Of a stretch of DNA of 64,000 bases, positions 56,373-64,000 are shown piece after piece. Location of the stretch: assembly GCA_965208105.1 (NCBI GenBank), contig OZ242318.1, positions 576,001 to 640,000 on the forward strand. Direction: 5' to 3'. A program made the translations under genes and the position numbers. Position 1 is the stretch's first letter. Every line of letters starts with the position of its first letter. The notes beneath the pieces were generated by a model, which saw nothing but the letters and a program-made list of their open reading frames with translations, did no database searches and was not told where the DNA came from. The DNA is from Candidatus Latescibacterota bacterium (lineage in GTDB: Bacteria; Latescibacterota; UBA2968; UBA8231).

Positions 56373-56455
56373 GCCCTCCGCCGGCGCTAATCTACCTGCT
56401 GCCCTCAGCCAGGACAAGATGCGAGCCAGTCAGTCTTCCACCTGCCGCACGGGAC

Positions 56456-57388
56456 CTATCCGCCAGGGACGGCCGGTGGCCTGTCCTCCAGTTCCCAGGA
56501 GCGAAAGTAGGCTCGCATGCGGCCTGCGAAATCCGCCGGGCGTTCGGCGTAGATCCGCTGCCCGAGGAGTCGCGCAGAGTCCTGCAAGTGCTGCTGCCAG
56601 GCGGCGATTCGCCGGCCCATGGCGGCCACTGTGGAGGGCGCCCTTGAACGCGGGAATTCATCCTTCACCTTGTGGAGCAGCACCGCCAGGTCGTGATCTT
56701 CGCCCAGCACCTCTCCCAATCGATCCAGCTCTCCTGCCAGCGCGGCCATCATCGGCGGCCAGCCGGGGCGCAGCAGTTGGGCATGGTAGCCCAGGTACTT
56801 CACCCGCTTGCGCCAGTTGTGGAACTCCTCGGCCTCCGGATGGCGATAGGCGCTGCCGAACTCGCGGCGGCCGCGGGCGTATATCCGTCTCATGCCCGCT
56901 GCCACCAGGGTCCAATCTCTCCCCTCCAGGGGCCATGTCGCCACCCGGTCACGCGCACGTTGCAACTCCTCGCGGACCTCCTCCACCGCATCCCCGTACT
57001 CTTCCGCCAGGCGGTAAGCGGACTCGCGCTCCTCGAGCAGCCAATGGCGTATGGGCCCGAACCTGCTTCGGGGGACCTTTTTGCCGCTGAAAACAATTAT
57101 TTTGTCGAGGGTCTCCAGGCGCACGGCAGCATCGCGCAGGCCTGCGAGCCGTGCGCCGGCGGTGCGGAAACAGTCGTTCTCGCGCCTGTAGACGCGGTCC
57201 CCCAGTTCAAAGCGCACTAGGCGGACCAGGCCCCGCAGCCGCTTCATGGACTTTCGGGCTTCGTGAATGTGGGCTTCGCGGCTTCCTTCCCCCATTTCCA
57301 GATGTCCGAGGGCTTTGGCGATCTGCTCCACCGCAATGCGCCGCGCTCCAGCGGGAATGGTTTCGCCGTGCTTCCAGCGGTATGCCAT
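56456..57388 (-). CDS. CHAD domain protein (polyphosphate-binding family)
   Basis: IHEARKSMKRLR, FHNWRKRVKYL and LGEDHDL motifs. Confidence 0.88.
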   Translation of the reverse strand: MAYRWKHGETIPAGARRIAVEQIAKALGHLEMGEGSREAHIHEARKSMKRLRGLVRLVRFELGDRVYRRENDCFRTAGARLAGLRDAAVRLETLDKIIVFSGKKVPRSRFGPIRHWLLEERESAYRLAEEYGDAVEEVREELQRARDRVATWPLEGRDWTLVAAGMRRIYARGRREFGSAYRHPEAEEFHNWRKRVKYLGYHAQLLRPGWPPMMAALAGELDRLGEVLGEDHDLAVLLHKVKDEFPRSRAPSTVAAMGRRIAAWQQHLQDSARLLGQRIYAERPADFAGRMRAYFRSWELEDRPPAVPGG

Positions 57389-57488
57389 GCCGTCAGTCCT
57401 TATTGCGGGAGAGATGCCCGATTGCCGGGGACAGCCCGATCAGGACGAACCGGCCTGCCATTGCAGCCACTGGGTAGGGCCCCTTCCC

Positions 57489-58328
57489 TCAAGACCCCGG
57501 TGGCGGGGGTATGGAATCCTCCCGGGGACGGAGGGAATGGTTCCAATGTCCGCTCTCATCCCTGCCCCGGCAGACGACCGAACTCTTCCGGTTCCAGCCA
57601 TTGTAGGCACGCACCTCCGGAGGCGCGAAGCGCAGGGTCAGCCCGCAGCGCCGGCGCCGCGACAGGTTGGGGGGCGAGCCGTGCAGGAGAAGATCGGTGT
57701 GCAGCGAGATCTGACCGGCATCCATCTCGAAGGCCACCGGCGGATCGCCGAATGGGGCGACATCCCGCACCGTCTGGCTGAGGACGTTGTCCTCCTCGGC
57801 GGCGCTGGCCTCGAAGGGAATCTGGCCGTGAAGGTGGGAACGGGGGACCACCTGCATGGCGCCGTTCCTCTCGTCGACGGGGTCGATGGCCAGCCACACC
57901 GTCACCGTCCTGCTCGGTGTCAAAGGCCAGTAGGATGCATCCTGGTGCCACGACACCTGCTTGCCGTCTCCGGCCATCTTGCAGAAATAGTGGGTCCCCC
58001 AGCAAACGAGGTCCTCGCCCAGAAGATCCTCCACGTAATCGAGGATGCGAGCTTCGGTAACCAGGTCGTGGATGCCCCCGCAGTATTTCTGCCAGCCGTT
58101 GATCGAGTAGCTGTTGTAGCCCATGGCCGCGGCCTTTTCCATGAGCCGGTCGAAGTAGGCGCGGTGGTGGTCGGCTTCCCCGGAGCTGAAGACGTCAAGG
58201 GGGAACAGGAATCCTTGTTCGTTGAAGTGGCGGATCTGCTCAGTCGTGAGTTTGCGGGGGGCCCGGTTGTCCACCGGGAAGAATCTCAGCTCTCGCTCCA
58301 GATGCGGATGGGCGTCCGTAAAGGACAT
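57489..58328 (-). CDS. PhyH-family dioxygenase (canonical HxD)
   Basis: WHQDASYW, TVWLAID and LLHGSPPN..R motifs. Confidence 0.9.
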   Translation of the reverse strand: MSFTDAHPHLERELRFFPVDNRAPRKLTTEQIRHFNEQGFLFPLDVFSSGEADHHRAYFDRLMEKAAAMGYNSYSINGWQKYCGGIHDLVTEARILDYVEDLLGEDLVCWGTHYFCKMAGDGKQVSWHQDASYWPLTPSRTVTVWLAIDPVDERNGAMQVVPRSHLHGQIPFEASAAEEDNVLSQTVRDVAPFGDPPVAFEMDAGQISLHTDLLLHGSPPNLSRRRRCGLTLRFAPPEVRAYNGWNRKSSVVCRGRDESGHWNHSLRPREDSIPPPPGS

Positions 58329-58559
58329 TGGTCACCTCGGAAACCTCTCGGCTCGGTCAAGTTCCGGAAACCTGGTGGGAAATAGAATATAGATGTTCCC
58401 AATTACCCGTGCCAGCGGCTCCAAAGAGACCCGGTTCCCCCGTAACCCGCACTTGTCCCCGGGGGACAAATAGCTATCTTTCACCAGCCCGCCGCGGAGG
58501 AGTGATGCAGAGGCTCCTCCGCTCTCTACAACGCCTCGACCCAGGGGACAGGAGCAGCC

Positions 58560-59339
58560 ATGTTCGACGCCCTCCTCAGCTTTCGCCGGCGTCTCGCCGC
58601 AGGCGAAATTCTCATAGGATCAGGGGTTACCCTCGCCGACCCCCTGGTCAGCGAAGCCCTGGCCGACTCGGTGGACTATCTCTGGATCGACCTCGAACAC
58701 ATGGCGTTGAGCCCCGAGTCCCTGCGCGCCCACCTGCTGGCTGCCCGCAGCAAAAGCACCCCGGCCCTGGTTCGCGTGGCCGGGGGAGGCAGCGCCGCGG
58801 TCAAGCCCGTACTCGATGCCGGGGCCCACGGGATCGTTGTGCCGCAGGTGCGCAGCGTCGACGAGGTCCGCCAACTCGTGTCCGATTGCCGCTATCCACC
58901 CGTGGGATCCCGCGGCATGGGCGCCCACATCCCCACCAATTACGGCCGCTCCGGGGGTCCCCCCTACGTCGAGCGCGCCAACGCCAATATTCTTGCCTGC
59001 GTGATGATCGAGACGGCCGAGGCCCTGGAAGCCATCGACGGCATCGTCGCCGTTCCCGGCCTGGACGTTCTCATCATCGGCCCCTGGGACCTGTCCGGCG
59101 CCCTCGGAGTTCTGGGCGATGTGGAACATCCTCGAGTGGTCGCGGCCATGAAGAAGGTCGTTGCCAAAGCCCGGGGCGCGGGTCTATTCGTCGGCTCCGG
59201 AATGCCGGTGGATCCCGATTTCGCCTGCGCCCAGGCGAGGCGCGGCGTGCAGATGCTGCAGATCGGCGGCGATTGCGGATATCTGGTCAGGTGCGCCGAG
59301 CAGATATCCTCCTCGGTGCGCGGAGGGATCGAATCCTGA
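58560..59339 (+). CDS. HpcH/HpaI aldolase family protein
   Basis: WIDLEH, LDAGAHG, YPP.GSRG, MIET and IGPWDLS motifs. Confidence 0.9.
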   Translation: MFDALLSFRRRLAAGEILIGSGVTLADPLVSEALADSVDYLWIDLEHMALSPESLRAHLLAARSKSTPALVRVAGGGSAAVKPVLDAGAHGIVVPQVRSVDEVRQLVSDCRYPPVGSRGMGAHIPTNYGRSGGPPYVERANANILACVMIETAEALEAIDGIVAVPGLDVLIIGPWDLSGALGVLGDVEHPRVVAAMKKVVAKARGAGLFVGSGMPVDPDFACAQARRGVQMLQIGGDCGYLVRCAEQISSSVRGGIES

Positions 59340-59360
59340 CCACCCCGGGAGGAGCATGAC

Positions 59361-60407
59361 ATGACCATAAGGACAGCCGTAATCGGCGCCGGACTGATGG
59401 GCAGGTCCCATATCGAGTCCCTCGCCAAGGTGCCCAGGGTGAAGGTGGTCGCCGTGGTCGATCCCCACGAGCCCGGATTGCAGGCCGCCGTCGCCGACTT
59501 CAAGGTGCCCGCAGGCTACGCGGACGCAAGGACCATGCTCGAGAAGGAGAAGCCCGACTACGTGGTGGTGGCGTCACCGGCCCTCTATCACGCCGAGCAC
59601 AGCATCGCCGCCTTCGAGTCCGGCGCTCATGTTCTGTGCGAGAAACCTCTTTGCATGAGCACGGCAGAAGCCGAGGCCATCATCGCCGCTGCCAAAAGAA
59701 CGGGCCGCTTGTTCACCATGGGGCTGCAGTTCCGTCAGCTGCGCACCTTCCAGGCTCTCAAGGAGTTCATCGGCTCCGGAAAGCTCGGCCAGGTGTACCA
59801 CACCCGGGTCTGGGCGGGCCACGTAATGGCCTATCCATGGGGACGCTTCTTCCACCGCAGGGAGTACTCCCTTGGAGGCGTCGTAGCCTCCACCACGGTG
59901 CACCTGCTGGACCTGGCCATGTGGATGATCGGCGCTCCTGAGCCCCTCACAGTGAGCGCCTCCACCTTTCGCCGCATCGACAAGATGCCCGACCCTCCGG
60001 TTCACTTCGAAGGCGAAGTAGGCGAGGTCACGGTGGAGGACTTCGGGCACGCCCACGTCCGCTTCGTGGACGGGTCGTCCATGTCCGTCGAGGGCAACTG
60101 GCTGACCCATCCGCGCTCGAGGCCGGGAGGATTCGAGATCAACGGGATCCTCGGCGTCGTCACCAGCGCGGAGAATACATTTGAAATTGAGCTGGAGGAC
60201 CACGACAAGATCGTCCCCTTCGACCTGGACGTCGAGCACGATCCCACCACGCACGGAGACCGCACCGTGACCCAGCACGAGGTCTTCGTCGATGCCATCC
60301 AGGGCAAAGGCGAACCCATTGTCCGCTTCAGGGAAGCGCTTGCGGTCCAGCGGATTGTATCCGGATTCTACCAGTCGGCGGATGAGGGAGCTGAAGTAAG
60401 GGTGTGA
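59361..60407 (+). CDS. Gfo/Idh/MocA oxidoreductase
   Basis: VIGAGLMG and HVLCEKPL motifs. Confidence 0.9.
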   Translation: MTIRTAVIGAGLMGRSHIESLAKVPRVKVVAVVDPHEPGLQAAVADFKVPAGYADARTMLEKEKPDYVVVASPALYHAEHSIAAFESGAHVLCEKPLCMSTAEAEAIIAAAKRTGRLFTMGLQFRQLRTFQALKEFIGSGKLGQVYHTRVWAGHVMAYPWGRFFHRREYSLGGVVASTTVHLLDLAMWMIGAPEPLTVSASTFRRIDKMPDPPVHFEGEVGEVTVEDFGHAHVRFVDGSSMSVEGNWLTHPRSRPGGFEINGILGVVTSAENTFEIELEDHDKIVPFDLDVEHDPTTHGDRTVTQHEVFVDAIQGKGEPIVRFREALAVQRIVSGFYQSADEGAEVRV

Positions 60408-60446
60408 ATCCCGCCCAAATCGAGCAAAGGAAGAAGGAACTCCATC

Positions 60447-61319
60447 ATGGCACTTCTGAATACGGATACACAGGTCTCCGCCTTCATAGGCACTTTCGGC
60501 AGCGGCCTGGATCACCCCGAATGCATCTGCTGCGGCTGTGACGGCTTCGCCTATGCCGGAGGCGAGGCAGGACAGATCTACCGGATCGATCTCGACAGGA
60601 GGGATTTCGTAGAAATCGCCAATGTCGGCGGCGGCTTCGTGGGGGGGATCGCCCAGGATGGCCGGCGCAACCTCTACGCCTGCAGCGGGGACGTCAAGCG
60701 CATCAGCGCCGACGGGACGGTGAGCCTCTACTTCGACGGCACCGGCCAGGATCCTCTGAGCGTGGCCAACTACCCCGTTTTCGACCGCCACGGCAACCTT
60801 TACGTGTCCCACTCCGGGGGCTGGAAAGAGGACAACGGCTGCATCTTCAAGATCGCGCCCGGGGGGCGGGAGGGCGAGGTCTGGTGCCGCAGCCTGTCAC
60901 ACTTTCCCAACGGGCTGGCCCTGGACGCCGCCGGCGGCCACCTCTACGTCGCCATGAGTCTCAATCCCCCGCGCGTCGACCGCGTCGAAATCAGGGATGA
61001 CGGCAGCGCCGGTGCGGTGCAGACCCTGGTTCACCTGCCGCGCACCGTGCCCGACGGGTTGGCCTTCGACGCCGAGGGCAACCTCTACATCTCCTGCTAC
61101 CGGCCCGACATAATCTACCGCCTCACTCCCCGCGGCCGGCTCGACGTCGTCGCCGAGGATTGCGAGGGGACGGCCATCGCCGCTCCCACCAACATCGCCT
61201 TCTGCGGCCGCAACCGCGATCTGTTTCTCAGCGCCAATCTGGGCCGCTGGCACATCAGCCGCTACGATCTGGGAAAGACGGGAATGCCCTTGAACTTCCC
61301 CGATCTTGGCAGCGCTTGA
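60447..61319 (+). CDS. SMP-30/gluconolactonase family protein
   Basis: LDHPEC, FPNGLAL, VPDGLAFD and PTNIAF motifs. Confidence 0.88.
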   Translation: MALLNTDTQVSAFIGTFGSGLDHPECICCGCDGFAYAGGEAGQIYRIDLDRRDFVEIANVGGGFVGGIAQDGRRNLYACSGDVKRISADGTVSLYFDGTGQDPLSVANYPVFDRHGNLYVSHSGGWKEDNGCIFKIAPGGREGEVWCRSLSHFPNGLALDAAGGHLYVAMSLNPPRVDRVEIRDDGSAGAVQTLVHLPRTVPDGLAFDAEGNLYISCYRPDIIYRLTPRGRLDVVAEDCEGTAIAAPTNIAFCGRNRDLFLSANLGRWHISRYDLGKTGMPLNFPDLGSA

Positions 61320-62752
61320 CCCCTGTGGGCGAGCGGCCGAACATCCTCTTCATCCTCACCGACCAGCAACGCTCCGACTGGCTCGCGCTGAACCGGGACA
61401 TCCCGGTGCGCACCCCCAACCTGGCGAAGCTGGCCGCCCGCGGCGTCCACTTCACCCGGGCCGTCTGCCCGTCTCCCATCTGCGCTCCGACCCGCGCCTG
61501 CCTGGCCTCGGGCAAGGAGTACGAGCGCTGCGGCGTCCTCGACAACAGGGAGCCCTATCCCCCCGGCCGGCAGACCTACCATCGCCGGCTGCGCGACGAG
61601 GCCGGCTACCACGTCATGGGTTGCGGCAAATTCCACGTGGGCAACAACACTCCGGCGCCCAACGTCTTTTCCTGGGGCCTGGAGGGAAATGCCCTGATCG
61701 ATGAATGGGGCTATTGCGACGCCCTGTTCAACGCCGGCAAGAACCAGGCCGCAATCATGGCCGCGCGCACGGGCGGACCCTGCGATCCGTACCTGTCCTA
61801 CCTGCAGCGGAAGGGCCTGATGCAGGACCACATCAGCGACTATGAACGGCGAAGCTGGGAATGGGAGGAAAGGCCGGAGATGTGGTCGTCGACCTTTCCC
61901 ACATCCCTGCCCGACGAGGCCTACTGCGACAACTGGATCACGCGCAACGGTTCCATGCTGCTTGACCGCGCCCCGGCCCGCAAGCCCTGGTACCTGGAGG
62001 TGAATCTGCAGAACCCCCATCACCCCTGGGACATCACCGAGGGCATGCACCGGCGCTACCGGGACCCGGAGGTCACCTTCCCCATGCCGGAGTACTGCGA
62101 TCTCGACCTGGACGAAGAGACCCACGCAGAGGTGCGGCGCAACTACGCCGCCATGGTCGAGCACCTGGACCAATGCCTGGGCCGCTTGGTGGCCAAACTG
62201 GAAGAGCGCGGCGAACTTGAGAGCACCCTGCTGGTGTTCGCCAGCGACCACGGAGAGATGCTGGGCGACTACGGCCAGTGGCAGAAGAAATCTCCGCTGC
62301 AGGCCTCGGTGGGAGTGCCGCTGGTAATCGCCGGACCGGGGGTTGCCCGGCGCGGTCCGTGCCATGCCCCTGCCACCATTGTGGACCTGCACGCCACCTT
62401 CATCGAGTGCGCCGGTCTGGCGCCGGCGCGCGACATGGACAGCCGATCCTTGGGGCCCTTCCTCTCCGGGGCGGCCGCGGACCATCGGGAGGCGGTCTTT
62501 TCCGCCCTGGGTCCCTGGCGCCTCGCCTTCGACGGCCGTTACAAGCTCATCGAGGGCTATGACCCCCGATTGAGGCGAGGCGGGTACGGTTGGGAGCCGC
62601 ATTCCCCTGGCAGGTCGGAAAGGAGGCGGCTGCAGCGACAACGCCCTCCCATTCTCTACGATGTGGAGGCCAACGAACGCGACAATGTGGCACTCGAACA
62701 TCCTGAGATCGTTGGCCGTCTGGCCCGCATGCTGGAGGAAAGAAGGTCTTAG
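61316..62752 (+). CDS. Formylglycine-dependent sulfatase
   Basis: PNILFILTDQQR, CAPTR, GKFH and SDHGEMLGD. Start is TTG 61316 or GTG 61325. Confidence 0.9.
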   Translation: MTPVGERPNILFILTDQQRSDWLALNRDIPVRTPNLAKLAARGVHFTRAVCPSPICAPTRACLASGKEYERCGVLDNREPYPPGRQTYHRRLRDEAGYHVMGCGKFHVGNNTPAPNVFSWGLEGNALIDEWGYCDALFNAGKNQAAIMAARTGGPCDPYLSYLQRKGLMQDHISDYERRSWEWEERPEMWSSTFPTSLPDEAYCDNWITRNGSMLLDRAPARKPWYLEVNLQNPHHPWDITEGMHRRYRDPEVTFPMPEYCDLDLDEETHAEVRRNYAAMVEHLDQCLGRLVAKLEERGELESTLLVFASDHGEMLGDYGQWQKKSPLQASVGVPLVIAGPGVARRGPCHAPATIVDLHATFIECAGLAPARDMDSRSLGPFLSGAAADHREAVFSALGPWRLAFDGRYKLIEGYDPRLRRGGYGWEPHSPGRSERRRLQRQRPPILYDVEANERDNVALEHPEIVGRLARMLEERRS

Positions 62753-62794
62753 GCGCTGTCCGAGGGCCAGAACCCTGGTGGACAGGCCACGTAC

Positions 62795-63241
62795 CTACTT
62801 CTGCTCGCCCTGCGTGTAGAGTTTCTCGAAAGCGCTGACGGCTGCTTCGAGGTCGCCCACCACTTCGGCCACGGTGGTCTGCTTCGCTTTCATGGACAGG
62901 ACGATGATCCTGTGCAGGGCCGCCAGTTTCTGCCCGTAGTGCTCCTGTCCTTCCTTGATCCTCTGGGCCAGAAAGTAGTCGAGAGCCACCCCTTTGATGC
63001 GGTCCGCGTGGGTCTCCTTGTTGATCACCCAGCGCACCAACTGGTTGTAGTCGGGGTCCTCCGCCCGGGCCTCGGCGTCGATCATCGCCACCGATTTCTT
63101 CAAGGTCTCCACGTCCTCCATCATGGCCGCAAAGCGGGCGGCGTCTCCGTAGATCCCGCAGGGGATCTGACAGTGAGCCTGGACCTGGCAGGCAAAGGCG
63201 AAAATCAGCATGAGGCCGATCAGGACCGGTTTGGATTTCAC
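62795..63241 (-). CDS. sodN: Nickel superoxide dismutase precursor with signal peptide
   Basis: Ni-hook HCQIPCGIY after VQA, and R…KE.HA. AAAGGAG RBS before GTG. Confidence 0.85.
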   Translation of the reverse strand: MKSKPVLIGLMLIFAFACQVQAHCQIPCGIYGDAARFAAMMEDVETLKKSVAMIDAEARAEDPDYNQLVRWVINKETHADRIKGVALDYFLAQRIKEGQEHYGQKLAALHRIIVLSMKAKQTTVAEVVGDLEAAVSAFEKLYTQGEQK

Positions 63242-63299
63242 TATGCCATCTCCTTTCTCGGATTGGTTTGCGCTCATTCATTCCGCGCCCTTGCGGGCG

Positions 63300-63998
63300 C
63301 TAGCTCCGCCGCAGGACCTGGCCGTTGCGCGTCCCGGTCAACTTCCCGTTCTCGAGTGCGACGGCGCCGTTGACCACCACGTGCACCATGCCGGCGGCGG
63401 TTCGGTTGGGTTCGAAGGTGGTTCCGCGCTCGGCAAATCTTTCCGGGTCGAAGACCGCCAGGTCGGCCCAGGCCCCCTCCCTGATGACGCCGCGGTCCCT
63501 CAAACCAAGGCGGGAGGCGGGCAGCCCGGTGATGCGGCGCACCGCCTCCTCGGTGGTGAAGGTGCCGAGATCGCGCACGAAGTGACGGAAAAACCAAGCA
63601 GCCCAGGTGTAGGCGCCGTGGAAGGACGATTCCCGCAGCGGACCGTCGGTGGCAAGGGCGGTGGCGTCGGAGCCGACCATGCAGCGGGGGTGCTCGAAGG
63701 CAGGGCGGATGTCCTCCTCCCGGTAGGCGAAGGCGACCACCATGATGCTGTGCAGATCGTCGATCTCGGCCAGCAGAACATCGTAGATGGCGTCGAGGGG
63801 ATCGAGGCCGCGGTCCTGGCTGATGGCGGCGATGCTCTGGCGCGCCAGTTGGGGCTGGGTCTTGCTCTGAAAGACGACGATGCGGCTCCAGTCGTCCCGG
63901 GCCAAGGCGGCGATGATGTTGGGGGATGCCTTCAACTCCCGCCGCACCGATGGGGATCGGAGGCGCGCGGCGATGGCGCTCCTGTCCCCTTCCAGTGC
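63300..63998 (-). CDS. N-acyl-D-amino acid deacylase family protein (5' part outside window)
   Basis: MVGSDA, TGLPASRLGLRDRG, ADLAVFDP and GQVLR motifs. Confidence 0.85.
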   Translation of the reverse strand, partial: ALEGDRSAIAARLRSPSVRRELKASPNIIAALARDDWSRIVVFQSKTQPQLARQSIAAISQDRGLDPLDAIYDVLLAEIDDLHSIMVVAFAYREEDIRPAFEHPRCMVGSDATALATDGPLRESSFHGAYTWAAWFFRHFVRDLGTFTTEEAVRRITGLPASRLGLRDRGVIREGAWADLAVFDPERFAERGTTFEPNRTAAGMVHVVVNGAVALENGKLTGTRNGQVLRRS

Positions 63999-64000
63999 CC

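Noticed and set aside
1-64000. tRNA, rRNA, transposase, prophage or defence genes
   Set aside because: None recognised by eye. A tRNAscan/Infernal run would be needed to exclude small RNAs.

Overview
A GC-rich bacterial window with about 54 protein-coding genes and no rRNA, tRNA, CRISPR array or transposase that I could identify. It holds a few housekeeping genes (cca, lpdA, rnhA, ferritin, fdhD, speD, sodN, nupC, ABC-F) among many catabolic and secreted proteins: 3 PhyH-family Fe/2OG enzymes, 2 sulfatases, 2 D-aminoacylases, a GH95-like hydrolase, 2 TonB receptors and lipoproteins. This profile suggests an FCB-related candidate lineage such as Latescibacterota, but that is inference only. 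The strongest unexplained signal is a set of non-autonomous hairpin elements anchored on stop codons. Family 1 (166 bp, TAGTGTCCCG...CGGGACACTA) occurs as two full copies, one truncated copy and a 53-bp scar, always between convergent genes, and its ends supply four TAG stops. Family 2 has different termini (CTAGCARCCCG), and its longer copy carries the same internal AAGGCG...AACGCC fold with different stem sequences. Other leads: two PhyH enzymes with a halogenase-like HxG motif, a C-terminal TSWG.VK tail, a leaderless radical SAM gene with a possible operator, an HTH gene with tandem palindromic operators, a signal-peptide Ni-SOD, an MFS-HEAT fusion and an amidase with a small partner. All calls are by eye, with no database searches.
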